The position numbers and the translations under genes are program-made. A model generated the notes under the pieces. It saw only the letters and a program-made list of their open reading frames with translations, was not told the origin of the DNA and ran no database searches. From Octopus sinensis (lineage: Eukaryota): 64,000 bases of DNA. Location: the NCBI RefSeq assembly GCF_006345805.1, contig NC_043006.1, forward strand, positions 48,980,001-49,044,000, written 5' to 3'. Of this stretch, positions 37,916 to 51,068 are shown piece after piece. How positions within the stretch are numbered: position 1 is the stretch's first letter; each line of letters opens with the position of its first letter.

Positions 37916-38133
37916 TAGATAGATAGATAGATAGATAGATAGACAGATAGATAGATAGATGGACAGACAGACGAACAGATGGCTGGACGGACGGACAGAC
38001 AGATGGACGGGCAGACGGATGGCTGGACGGATGGACGGACAGACAGATGGACGGATGGACAGGCGGACGGACGAACAGACAGATGGATGGACAGACAGAC
38101 GGACAGATGGATGGATAGACGGACGGATGGATG
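37916..38133. repeat. Compound (AGAT)/(AGAC)/(GGAC)/(GGAT) array
   Basis: Directly visible. Confidence 0.95.
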
Positions 38134-38242
38134 GGACTTCTAAAACTTGTGCAACTATGGCATAATTCTTTCAGCATGGGATGTTTTGGCACAGCTGTTT
38201 TGGCACTGCCTGTAAAGTTCCTAACTTTGGATAAAAGAAAAT

Positions 38243-38392
38243 ACAGGAGGATTAGTTAATTATGATTTTATTCAACATATTCCCCTCACAGATTTATACC
38301 CTTATTGCAGAGGTCCTTCAGTTTTACTAAGGCTGCCAACCAGGCTTCTTGGGATACCCTTAAAACCAATAACTTTTCAGCACTCCCTCGTA
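38243..38392 (-). mobile_element. Mariner remnant
   Basis: Minus strand CNKGINL*GEYVE* matches the mariner C-terminus; TIR-like aacttttcagcactccctcg|ta. Confidence 0.6.
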
Positions 38393-38879
38393 CATATGAA
38401 ACAGAATTTTTTTTAGCCACCACATTAATTTCTTCACCTAAATAAACAACAATACTAAATATTTGATGAAGTGATATGTCATCAGATCCTGTAGTCTAGA
38501 AAGCAAAAAGGATACCGGTGGGGGGGGGGGGGGATTAGTTCTTAAACCACAGCCATCATAATGGATGTTACTAGTCTATCAACATTTTCTAAGTCAACAA
38601 TCCCATCATTAGAACTCTTAGCCTCAATCAATAATTGCAGTAAACGTCTATTGTTGTTTGATCAATAACTTATAACTCAAAACAGATTCATGCCACAGTC
38701 AAATAAATGTACTGCATTTAAAACATCAATGTTTTAAATTATATCCATCAGGCTGTTCAAAGCTTTCAGCAGGCACCATTGTGCATTTACAATGTTCCCC
38801 ACAACACGAACAGCAAAAACTTACATAAATGAGTTGTAGTTTCCTTCCTTGACCTGGTTTTTCTAGGCAAGTATTTTAA

Positions 38880-39497
38880 CCCTTTAGCATTTAAACTGGT
38901 CATATCCAACCCATATATTCTACCCAGTTTATGTTCAAATCAGCCAGATCCAGCCTCTCGCACTTACCCTACAATGCCATTTCTAAAATAAATAATCACA
39001 TCATTGAAATTTCGAAGCTACAAGATATTGCATGAATAATTGAAAACAATATGAATAAGTAGGAGTGGCTGTGTGGCAAGTAGCTTGCTTACGAACCACA
39101 TGGTTCCGGGTTCAGTCCCACTGCGTGGCACCTTGGGCAAGTGTCCTCTACTATAGCATCAGGCCGACCAAAGCCTTGTGAGTGGATTTGGTAGATGGAA
39201 ACTGAAAGAAGCCCATCGTATGTACATCTGTGTGTGTGTGTCTGTGTTTGTCCCTCCCAACATCACTTGACAACCAATGCTGGTGTGTTTACTTCCTCGT
39301 AACTTAGCGGTTCAGCAAAAGAGACCGATAGAATAAGTACTAGGCTTACAACGAATAAGTCCTGGGGTCAATTTGCTCGACTAAAGGCGGTGCTCCAGCA
39401 TGGCCACAGTCAAATGACTGAAACAAGTAAAAGAGTGAAAAGAGAGTAAAGAGTAAGTAAGCATTACATTTTACAGATTAATGTAAATGCTAAAGGG
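38880..39497. mobile_element. piggyBac-like MITE interrupted by a young group A SINE (39060-39455, +)
   Basis: TTAA|CCCTTTAGCATTTA ... TAAATGCTAAAGGG|TTA; the SINE is colinear with 7150-7542. Confidence 0.82.
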
Positions 39498-39797
39498 TTA
39501 CCCATTAACCCTTGAAACACTGCCATTATTTTAATTAATTTTGAAAATAATAAAGAATTTAGTAAAATCACATAGTAATTATGAAGATGGTGTTTGGGAC
39601 ATAAAGTGGAATTTCAATGGAAGGTTTGCAACAAGTACTTCTCAATCTTCTTAATATCCAAAACCTGGATATTTTTAGGGGTTCACACTAAGAAAAATAA
39701 ACCTGAGTTAATTAAAGAAAAATTTACATTTATAGAAGGAACACCAAGAGCCACCAGAAGGAGTTACAGTTTAGAACTGCTGTTCTAAGCACTTTTA

Positions 39798-40019
39798 CCC
39801 TTTTGTTACTGTATTTATTTTGAAATGCTCTGTGTTTCTTTCATATTACTTTAAATATAACAAAAAATTTAGTAAAATAACAAAGTTATCATTCAGCTAG
39901 TACTAGGTACATAAATTGTGACTAAGGTTTGGTGGTAGATTTTAATGGAAACCATAAGAAAACAAGACATTTGTACAACAGAGCCAGAGCCGGTTTCAGC
40001 CGGGTTGGTAACGAAAGGG
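39798..40019. mobile_element. piggyBac-like MITE, inverted relative to 10831-11047
   Basis: CCCTTTTGTTAC...GTAACGAAAGGG|TTAA. Confidence 0.85.
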
Positions 40020-41639
40020 TTAAAACATAGAACTAGGAGTGGACTCATGCAGGTTGGTACTAAAAGGGCCATGGCATGAATTTTTTTTTTATTCTTAGTA
40101 CTTTGTCATCAGATGATTTTAAAATGTGAATGGAGGCCAAATTTCAACAGCAGACAAGAGGGTGTTTTCACATATATATTGAAATTAACGTTGGGAACAT
40201 AAAACGGAATTTTGATGAAAGGTTTTAATTTAGCTCAATTTAAAACAGGAAACGTGTATTATAGATCCAGGTCAGTCATGGGTAGGTTGGTATTAAATGG
40301 GTTAAATTAGTCCAATGGTATTTCTAAGAACACTGTTGACATTCTGGATATTGAATGCTGTTGTGCTCCTTGTTATGGGAACAAAGAGATTGTGTTGACC
40401 CTGACTGATCTTGTTACAGCAACCATTGTGGTTAAATTTCTCTTATGTTTTTGGGTTGCACCAGTTACTTGGTAGCAGCCGTGCTGGTGTACCACCATGA
40501 AGGGTTTAGTCAAAAAATATCAACTTCTTTGATTTTTTTTTTTCTTAAAATCTGGTATCTCCTTTGATGAACTGCCTGGTTATGGGGAAGTAAAACAAAG
40601 CAAAACTCATCATCAAGCAGTGGTAAGGAACAAAGATAAACAAAGATACACACACACATATAGAGACAGACAGACAGACAGATAGATAGATGCAGCAGGC
40701 TTCCACACAGTTTTCGTCTACCAAATTCACTTACAATGCATTGGGTTGCCCCAGGGCTATAGTAGAAGACACTCGACAGTGGGACTGAACCTGAAACCAT
40801 GATGTTGTAGAGCAAGTTTCTTAACTACAATAATTTAGAGAAACTTTATTTTTCAAGAATGGCAAACTGACAGAAATCAATAAATTGAGAAAATACCCAG
40901 GTAAGCCTTTATCCAGGTAGCAGGTTTATGATCAAAGAACTTTCAGCTATGCTATTATTATTACAGAATTGTTACTGTGCTGGAGAAAATGCTTCAGGGC
41001 ACTCCTTCTAGCTTCATATTCCAAGTTCAAATTCCTGCTGAGGTGAACTTTGCCTTTCATCCTTTTGGTCAGGGTCAATAAAATGAGTACCATTTAAATA
41101 CTAGGGTTGATGTAATCAACTACACCCCTGCTAAAAAAATTTCAGGCTTTGCACCTATAGTCCAAGGGACTATTACATCTTTTCTTTCTGGTTTCAGACA
41201 GCATATTTAGCACTACATTATCTGACCCACAGCAGCATATTCAATACTTAGTGCTGTCGATAATCACTTCTATACTAATTATATGAACACCATTTCCATC
41301 CTGATCTGCTACCTATAGTTACATGAATAACCTAGATTAAAATATTGCTAGTAATTTCCATGGCCAAAGCAGTTATTCCAGATCTTTAACAACACTTATC
41401 ATTTCATATTCACCAATAGCATCAATCAGAGATTAATTCATAATCAATATTTCAGCAGTCAACAGCTTTCAGTTTCATCTAGATACTTCCATTCAACAAA
41501 GATCAATAAAACTTCATTGAGTGATGATTCCTCAAAACTTCCTTTCTCATACATTTGTACTCAGAAAAATATCAACATTAGATATATATCTATAAATATA
41601 TCTATAATCTATATATGTCATTATCATCATCGTGTTCAT

Positions 41640-42135
41640 CATCATTTCATCATCATCATTTAATGTCTGCTTTCCATACTGGCATGGATTAAACGGTTTG
41701 ACTGGAACTGTTAAGCCGGAAAGCTGCACCAAGTTCCTGTCTGGTTTGGCATGGCTTCTACAGCTGAATGTCCTTCTTAATGCCAATCATGCCAAGAGTG
41801 TAATGGGTGCTTCTCCCGTGCCACCGGCACAGGTGCTTTTATGTGTCACTGGCATGGGTGTCAGTTATGTGACACTGGCATCAGCCACAACTATGATTTC
41901 ACATGACTTGATAAGGCTTCTTAAGCATTGCATACACCAAAGGTCACTTGTATTGTCTCCATGAAACCCAATGCTACAGCACCTCATCCCATGTCTTCCT
42001 GGGTCTACCTCTTCCACATGCCTTCCTGAGTCTACCTCTTGCCTCCACAGTTTAGAGATCAGCACTTCTTTACACAGCTGTCTTCATGGGCCACAACTAC
42101 AATTTCACTAGGCTTGATGGGTTTTCTCAAGCACA
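41640..42135 (-). mobile_element. RTE LINE 3' end
   Basis: (GAT)n tail, UTR, and a duplicated GRGRPRK-coding segment near 41990-42045. Confidence 0.8.
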
Positions 42136-43142
42136 GACAGACAGATAGATATGTCTTATTTTTTCCATATTTTAGTGCTGGAGTGCCACCTTGAGGATAA
42201 ACAAACCAACACTGGTTGTCAAGAGTTGGTGGGGGACAAACACAGACACAAAGTCACTCACACACACACACATATATATGATGGAATTCCTACAGTCTCC
42301 ATCTATCAAATCCACTCAAGTTTTGGTCATCACTGAAGCTATGGTAGATGACACTTGCCCAAGGTGCCACACAGTGGGACTGAACTTGGAACCGTGTGGC
42401 TGGAAAGCAAACTTCTTACCACACCACCACACCACTGCCTTTTTACATAAATTTATATATATATGTAGAGAGAGAGAGAGAGAGAGAGAGACATAAAGTT
42501 TTCTTAAAAGCAAAAAAATTATAAAGAAATAATTTTAACTCTAAGTTAAATTCATTACTATTTCAAGTTACAAGACAAAAACGTCTGTTCAATTATTATA
42601 GAATTATTATTATTCAATTATTATAATATTGCCATTAACTGTCTTTACATCATCCTCCTTTCTTGCAGATCAATAAAATATTTTTATTCTTGTTTGATTT
42701 TTCTATACTGGGATTTCTGAAAAATCAATCGATCAATCCTCTCAGGTATTCATAAAAGGAGAACCAGCATACAGGACGGAGTGAAGCAAGATAATGTATT
42801 TATTGTCTACCCAAGGTTAGGCAAGATATTACCCACATTACTCACTCAAGCATAATATGGATTTCTAATATAGACATGGCTGAGTGGTTGTGAAGTTTTC
42901 TTCCCAACCACATGGTTCTGGGTTCAGTTCCACAGCATAACACTTTGGGCAAGTGACTTTTACAATAGGCCTGGGCTGACCAAAGGCTTACGAGTGGATG
43001 TGTTAGATGGAAACTGAAAGAAGCCCATCTTATATATGTGTGTGTGAATGTGTGTGGTAGAAGCAATGGATATAGAAGATAGACTATACTGGAAACTTTA
43101 TTAATCACAATGATCATTACAAAACATCTTGCATTGTGCCTC

Positions 43143-43522
43143 TCTTTTACTTGTTTCAGTCATGCGACTGTGGCCATGCTGGAGCACTGCCTTTCGTCAA
43201 GCAAATCAACTCCAAAACTTGTTCTTTGTAAGCCTAGTACTTAGTCTATCGGTCTCTTTTGCTGAACCGCTAAGTTACAGGGACGTAAACACACCAGCAT
43301 CAGTTGTCAAGCGATTTTGGGGACACACACACACATACATACATATATATATATATATACGACAGGCTTCTTTCAGTTTCCGTCTACCAAATCCACTCAC
43401 AAGGCTTTGGTCAGCCCAAGGCTATAGTAGAAGACACTTGCCCAAGGTGCTACGCAGTAGGACTGAACCCAAAACCATGTGGTTGGTAAGCAAGCTACTT
43501 ACCACAAAGCCACTCCTGTGCC
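43143..43522 (-). mobile_element. Full-length group A SINE
   Basis: Reverse complement of 7150-7542. Confidence 0.9.
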
Positions 43523-44459
43523 TATAAAGAGCGGATTGTGTTGTTTACGAGAAGAGACTCAATAGATCACAGTGTGGTAGCTGCTCTACTAAGCATGTCA
43601 CTCCGAACTGCAAGCGATCCTTTTTGTCTTCGAACAAGTCGGGCGGGACATCAACGACTACGACGGTGGGACCACCGCTGCCACCAATGTCCCAAAATGG
43701 CAATTCCGCTGACTATGCTGCCACTCACTGTGCGAACGCGACAGGCGGATGGCGAACGCCGAGCTAAGGCATGTGCCTTGAGGTTGAGGTTGAGACACTT
43801 TTGGAAAACAACATCATCATCCTCATTTAACATCTGCCTTCCATGCTAGCATGGATTGGATGATTTGACAGGAGCTGGCCAGGCAGAAGACTGCACCAGA
43901 CTTAAAAGCAGCTTTGGTGGGATTTGATCTAAGAACGTAAATCTATGCAACTAAATACTACAAAGTATCTTATCCATCACTCCACATTCTACCAATCTGC
44001 CACCGTTCTAGCCATCTTAATATTGATTTCTAACATAATTTCAGGATAGAGAAAGTATAGTTGATTAAATCAACCATGTCCCTGAATGGTGCTTATTTTA
44101 TTAACTCAGAAAGGATGAATCAAAAAGTGAACTTTGGTAGGAGTTGAACTTAAAACATAAAGAGAAGTAACTAAATATGGCAAAACACTTAATCTATCGC
44201 TCCACAATCCAATATGATATTGATATAACATATACACACAAGGCCTCATATTAGAGAGGGAGGTTTAATCAATTGTAAAAGTCATCAGCACTTGACCAGT
44301 ATTGCATTTTATTGATCTTCCAGAAGGATGAATAATAAAATTGACCTTGGCAGGAGGATCAATATTGAGATCATCAATTCAATTCACCTTTCATCGCATT
44401 TGTACAAATTCAACAAGAATTTCTAGACACAAAAGACATTTCACTATCAGGAATCAAAA

Positions 44460-44700
44460 CCTAATTGTTTGGCCAAAACTTAGTCATCAAAGCTGTCCTT
44501 TGAGGCAAATGTAGAGAGCGTTCTTCTCCATGGAGCCGAAATCTGGACTATGAAGAAAGAGCTTCAAGATTGAAATTGATGACAGTAAGCCTCTTATAAG
44601 GGTTTAAAACATCTCATGGTGTTATCACAAGACCAAAGAGAAGATATATAGATATATTCCACCCACCTCCAGGGGTGTAGCCAGGTTCTTAAAAAATGTG
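44460..44700 (+). mobile_element. RTE LINE RT-downstream fragment
   Basis: KLSFEANVESVLLHGAEIWTMKK...NISWCYHKTKEKIY. Confidence 0.75.
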
Positions 44701-44779
44701 CTGTGACACATACCAAACAATTTTAAACTCATTTCTCTTATATTGCGTGAAATATTTCCTACACCTATGACAAACTTCT

Positions 44780-45292
44780 TTGTCATTTTCACCAAATGTC
44801 CTTCCTCAAATGCTTCAAAACATAGCAGTAGAACTCTCAATTGATGGCCTGACCCTGAGGAACAAATTCAGTGCACAATACTACATTTCCAGGGTGACAT
44901 TCGTGGCAGATCTTCCACGTTGCTCATCTCTTCCAGGGAACTTCTTCTGCTTTTGAAATGCCCACACCACTCAGAACATTATGTATGGACTAATTGCCTT
45001 GTTGCTGTAAGCTTGCCACTGCATGCTCAATGTCTTTGTAGTAGACTTCCCAAATTTAACGCATAATTTTACATGGGCTCTTTGTTCCTGTCCGTGACAA
45101 AATCGCAGACTACACCATACAGGTGATCACAAAATCACAAATTTCACAAATTGCAAAGTAAACACAACAATGTCACTTGGCACACTGCCTCATGAAGGGT
45201 CACTGCTAACTCTCACTGTGCACACAACTGTGTGCTGCCACCTGTTGGCATGCTACAGGAGCAGTCCGGGAACTTTTTGATACCACTTCATA
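44780..45292 (-). mobile_element. Mariner transposase pseudogene fragment with left TIR
   Basis: EQRAHVKLCVKFGKSTTKTLSM..AY...EWCGHFKSRRSSLE (N-terminal HTH) joined by deletion to EFVPQGQAIN*EFYCYVLKHLRKDI; TIR-like ggaactttttgataccacttca|ta. Confidence 0.82.
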
Positions 45293-45368
45293 CATTATCT
45301 TAATCACAGCACTGTTGATAATCACTTCCAAAGTAATTATTAAAACACCATTCTGATCACATACACAA

Positions 45369-45426
45369 CCCTGCTGGTTATCTGAATGCAACACCCTGCT
45401 GGTTATCTGAATGCAACACCCTGCTG
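45369..45426. repeat. Perfect 25-bp tandem repeat, about 2.3 copies
   Basis: ccctgctggttatctgaatgcaaca twice, then ccctgctg. Confidence 0.9.
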
Positions 45427-45657
45427 ATCTGGTACAACAGTTATGTGAATAACCTAGATTAAAATATTGCCTGTAGAGGACAAAGACCATGCAACTAAAT
45501 TGATGTTATTGGCAAAGACAAACAGCCTGAAACTGAGGACCAACCAAAGCTAACATAAGACAGCAAATTCCTGGTGCTGCATTGTAAGATGCATCTCAGT
45601 AGCAGCTGTTCGAAAAAGAGGAATTTTAACCATTTAGATATTAATGATTTAAATAAC

Positions 45658-45792
45658 TGCGTGGCACCTTGGGCAAGTGTCTTCTACTATAGCCTCGGCC
45701 GACCAAAGCCTTGTGAGTGGATTTGGTAGACGGAAACTGAAAGAAGCCCATCGTATACATGTATATATATATGTGTATGTGTGTGTGTGTGG

Positions 45793-45824
<32 letters not shown>

Positions 45825-46499
45825 GGTGGTGGTGGTGTGTGTGTGTGTGTTTGTGTGTGTCCCCCAACATTGCTTGACAACCGATGCTGGTGTGTTTATG
45901 TCCCCGTAACTTAGCGGTTCGGCAAAAGAGACCAAAGTAGAATAAATTCAATCTTGACATTGTTATTATATGATAAAATATTCTGGTTTGCTTTATACAG
46001 TCAACCAAGATGATAATAACAGTTACAACATCTTATTTGACAATAGAATCGTTGGTGTTAAGGAAGTAAGTCACACAGCAGTAAATCACAATAGCAATTT
46101 CTGTCTGTATTCAGAGGCACAGGTGTGGTTGTGCGGTAAGAAGTTTGCTTCCCAACTACATGGTTTCAGGTTCAGCCCCACTGCACAGCACTTTGAGCAA
46201 ATGTCTTCTACTATATAGCCTTGGGTTAACCAAAGCCATGTAAGTGGATTTGGTAGATGGAAACTAACTGAAAGAAGTTTGTCATGTGTGTATGTGTATA
46301 CTCTTTTACTTGTTTCAGTCATTTGACTGTGGCCATGCTGGAGCACCACCTTTAGTCGAGCAAATCAACCCCAGAACTTATTCTTTGTAAGCCTAGTACT
46401 TATTCTATCGGTCTCTTTTGCCAAACCACTAAGTTACAGGAACGTAAACACTCCAGCATCGGTTGTCAAGCGATGTTGGGGACACACTCACAAACATAT

Positions 46500-46530
<31 letters not shown>

Positions 46531-46693
46531 CGACGGGCTTCTTTCAGCTTCTGTCTACCAAATCCACTCACAAGGCTTTGGTCAGCCCGAGGCTAGAGTA
46601 GAAGACACTTGCCCAAGGTGCCACGCAGTGGGACTGAACCCGGAACCATGTGGTTGGCAAGCAAGCTACTTACCACACAACCACTCCTGCGCC
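45658..46693. mobile_element. Cluster of group A SINEs: 45658-45935 (+), 46114-46290 (+), 46300-46693 (-)
   Basis: Colinear with the family consensus seen elsewhere in the window. Confidence 0.88.
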
Positions 46694-47148
46694 TGTATAT
46701 ATCATCATCATAATCATCATTTAATGTCTGCTGTCACCCCATCCCCACCCCACAAACTCTCCAAGCCATATCAATGTTACCTCTAACTCCTACCCTTACC
46801 TCACTCCACTCTCACTCACATTCAGTTTTTTTTCCCCACCCACCCACCCACTCCATTCCACTCAACTCTTTTGTGGTTATCAAACATCTGCTCAAGCAAT
46901 GTGATATGATTTGATGACTGACAAAGATCAATAGCAATCAAGGAGACCCCCCCCCCCGCCGTCCTTGTTTACCATCAAGTTTGCTGCTTCACCATCAGGC
47001 ATAACAAAGAAGTTTGTTTTAGCTCAGCCTTGTCTTTTTCTCCTTTAGAATGTTCCCTTCACAAAAATCGGGGACAATCACGGGACAATCTGACAATCAG
47101 GCCAGAGAGCAGTCTTGGGTAGAGAAAGGTATGGCCAATTAAAATTAA

Positions 47149-47150
<2 letters not shown>

Positions 47151-47237
<87 letters not shown>

Positions 47238-47295
47238 CAGAGACAGACAGACACAGAGACAGACAGACACAGAGACAGAGAATGAGAGGCAGTCA

Positions 47296-47355
<60 letters not shown>

Positions 47356-47402
47356 ATGAAAGAAAGAAAAAAAGAAAGAAAAAAAAGAAGGAAGAAAGGA
47401 AA
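47151..47402. repeat. Compound (TG)n(AG)n(AGAC)n(AAAG)n microsatellite
   Basis: Directly visible. Confidence 0.95.
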
Positions 47403-48349
47403 ACAGACAGACATGCTTTAGAAATGGTGCAACATTCTTATTTCAATTTGCTGATTTAAACTGTTTTAAAAACTATTCTTACAATGAAACTAGACTATTT
47501 TTATGAATCGTGTCCCATCTGTGTCCATCATTTACCTGCCTATGTCACCATTTGAGGGAGACCTGCCCACTCACCCTGGAACTACAAAGGAGATATTAAG
47601 TAGTTAGTTGTACTGTAGTAGCTTCTGGAAACTTCTATATAAAAGCAGTGTGGGAACTTTGCAAGATAATGACAGTGCTTTTATTGAATTACTTGATCTG
47701 TTCAAGGAACAAACCAGACAACATTCAACAAATTTTTTAGTACCATTAAAATAAAGATTTCCAACATAATCATCATCATCATTGTTTAACATCCGCTTTC
47801 CATGCTAGCATGGGTTGGACGGTTTGACTGAGGACTGGCGAACCAGATGGCTGCACCAGGCTCCAATCTTGATCTGGCAGAGTTTCTACAGCTGGATGCC
47901 CTTCTTAACGCCAACCACTCTGAAATTGTAGTGGGTGCTTTTACATGCCACTGGCACGAGGGCTAGTCAAGCGGTACTGGCAACGGCCACGCTCAAATGG
48001 TGTTTTTTATGTAACTACTAAAAAGCTTAGAGAATGGATTTGGTAGATAGAAACTGAAAGAAACCCATTGCACGTGCATATAAATGTGTGTGTGTGTGTG
48101 TTTGTATACCCTTGTCTTGAATACACACATAATAAGCATTACCATCATACCAGCGATGTAATTCATTACTAGTCATCTGTGGAAAACATGACTGACTAAG
48201 AGAAGTATGACCTTGCTTGGAAATAGATGGAGGGTAGTTGGTGACAGGAAGGGCATTTGGATATAGAAAATCTGCCTCAACAAATTGTCTGACTCATGCA
48301 AGCATGGAAAAGTTTGTGTTAAATAATGACGATGGAGATGATATTGAGA

Positions 48350-48672
48350 GAGCATTCCGTCGGTTATGACGTCGAGGGTTCTAGTTGATCCAATCAAAGG
48401 AACAGCCTGCTCGTGAAACTAACGTGCAAGTGACTGAGCAATCCACAGACATGTGTACTTCTAACATAGTTCTCAGGGAGATTCAGCGTGACATAGTGTG
48501 ACAAGGCCGGCGGCCCTTTGAAATACAGGTACTACTCATTTTTGTCAGCTGAGTGGACTGGAGCAATGTAAGATAAAGTGTCTTGCTCAAAGACACAACG
48601 TGTCGCCAGGAATTGAACTCACAACCTTACAATCATGAGCCGAATGCCCTAACCACTAAGCCACATGCCTTC
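48350..48672 (-). mobile_element. SINE group B, tail type 2
   Basis: Reverse complement of the tRNA-like head, the cttgctcaaagacac core and the tail shared with 24496. Confidence 0.85.
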
Positions 48673-49028
48673 ACTGATGATATTAGTACTATATGACACA
48701 GTAAAGATTCAAAACCACATCTATGAAAGTTGATCGATGAAACACAAGAAGTTCAATTTGTTAGATATGCTTTACTGAGATTTGATATACGTTGAAAGGA
48801 TAAACTTTCAAGACAGATGGAACATATGTTCCATGAATCTAATCTCAAAGTCTTGTGAGAAATCTATGTCCAAAAACAAAACCGTTACATCATTTAGATT
48901 CGATTTCTAAAGCTTGTGCAACTATGGCATCATCTTTTCAGCATATGAGAAATTTTGGCACATCTGTTTTGGCACCACTGACTTATTTGACATCAGATGT
49001 TTTAATGTCTCTCTCTCTCTCTCTCTCT

Positions 49029-49077
<49 letters not shown>

Positions 49078-49081
<4 letters not shown>

Positions 49082-49566
49082 AGTGGCACATAAAAAGCAC
49101 TTGAAATCAAATTCGATGACTGGCATCCATGCTAGTGGAGCGCTAAGAGCACCATCAGAGTGTGATCGTTGCCAGAGGAGCTGACTGGCTTCCATGCCGG
49201 TGGCAAATAAAAAGCACCATTCAAGCATGATTGTTACCTGTGTCACCTTACTGGCACATGAAAAAACATTTGACAGAGGTCGTTGCCAGTGCCACTGGAC
49301 TGGCTCCTCTGCAGGTGACACGTAAAAAACACCATTTGAGCTTGGTCATTGCCAGTACCGCCTGACTGGCCCTCGTGCCAGTGGCATGTAAAAGCACCCA
49401 CTACACTCTCGGTGTGGTTGGTGTTAAGAAGAGCATCCAGCTGTAGAAACTCTGCCAGATCAGATTGGAGCCTGGTGCAGCCATCTGGTTCACCAGTCCT
49501 CAGTCAAATTGCCCAACCCATGCTAGCATTGAAAGTGGATGTTAAATGATGATGATGATGATGATG
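49078..49566 (+). mobile_element. RTE LINE 3' UTR
   Basis: Reverse complement of 29048-29520; (GAT)n tail. Confidence 0.88.
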
Positions 49567-50482
49567 TATATAAGCGTAGGTAAAACGTTTATAGCAATGT
49601 TGTTCAATTAATAAACAGTAATCTTTCTCTCTCTCTTTCTTTCTCATATGCTCTATTTATATGAGTATATTTCTGTGTGTGCATGTGTGTATGTTTGCCT
49701 CCAGTGCTAAAATGTACTGTACCATCACCAAAACAGGCAGAATATCCAGTCAGCTGTACCAAATTGTAGTATCCAAGTAGCCACAACCAATCGTCTCATA
49801 CTAATAATTTCATAAGCAGAAACAATAAAGGCTGCTCCTTACATGTACAAGGAGGATCATTGTGTTTACAATTCTCTTTAGAAAAATTATTTGGCTCCTT
49901 CAGGTTTAATGCTCTTACTTTATAACATAGCTACGTAGTTATATATTTCCTTGCTCTATATGGTATTTCAAAAGAATGATTAGTTTCGTAAATATTTATT
50001 CAGGGAAATGGCATCTCTAGGACAACACAATCCCAGCAGTCATGTCACATCACTATAATTTTTTTATGATAACAAAAAATACAGATGGGTTTCCTAAAAA
50101 AGCAGTGTTTAGGTGCATATCAACCAAAAACAACATATATTTTATGCTTGAAAAAAATAATTTCATGAATTTAGACCAAAGAGGGTTAAAACTAAGTATT
50201 TGTTGCTAAGTGTTCAGTTAGCTACTTCTCTTGCCATAACTTTAGACGAGACAATTCAATAACACTATATCATAAATGTAGCAAAATTTGATAACCAAAT
50301 GATGTTTCATAAACTGGATCACAAACTGTAGCAGAAGACTGTTACTCATTAATCAGACTAATCACAATGATGAGACTAAAAAAACGAAAAACCATCACTC
50401 CTTGACGAACCATTTCAAAACTCCAAAGCCCATGATAAAAAACGAGAAAGAGAGAGAGAGAATGCGTGTGTGTGTCTGTGAG

Positions 50483-51068
50483 AAAGTGCATGGCTCAGCG
50501 CTTAGAGCATTAGGCTCACAATCATGAGGTAGTGAGTTCGATTCTCGGACCAGGCTGTATGTTGTGTTCTTGGGCAAGACACTTTATTTCATATTGCTCC
50601 AGTTCACTCAGCTGTAGAAATGAGTTGCAATATCAATGGTACCAAGCTATATCACCCTTTGCCTTTCCTTTTGGACAACATCAGTGGCATAGAGAGGGGA
50701 GGCTGGGATGCATGGGTAACTGCTAGTCTTCCATAAACAACCTTGCCTAGACTTATGACTCACAGGGGAACTTCCTAACTGCAATCCCATGGTTCTGGGT
50801 TCAGTTCCACCATGTGGCACATTAGGCAAGTGTCTTTTATTATAGCCTTGGGTCAACCAAAGCCTTGCGAGTGGATTTGGCAAGCAAAAGCTGAAAGAAG
50901 CCCATTGTATGTGTCTGTGTGTGAGTGTGTGTCCCACCACTGCTTGGCAAGAGATGTTGGTGTGTTTATGTCCCTGTAACTTAGTGGTTCGGCAAAAGAG
51001 ACCATGACTTAAAAGTAACTACTGAGATCATTTCAGTGCCCTAACATGGCCACAGTCAAAAAGATGAT
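50483..51068 (+). mobile_element. Chimeric SINE: group B (50483-50790) fused to group A (50788-51068)
   Basis: The switch occurs at the shared ccatggtt. Confidence 0.8.

Noticed and set aside
37860-38192. 110-aa ORF with PSV/PSI repeats
   Set aside because: Translation of a tetranucleotide array
43779-43795. TTGAGG repeats as an interstitial telomere
   Set aside because: Only about 3 units and not TTAGGG; better read as a retroelement tail
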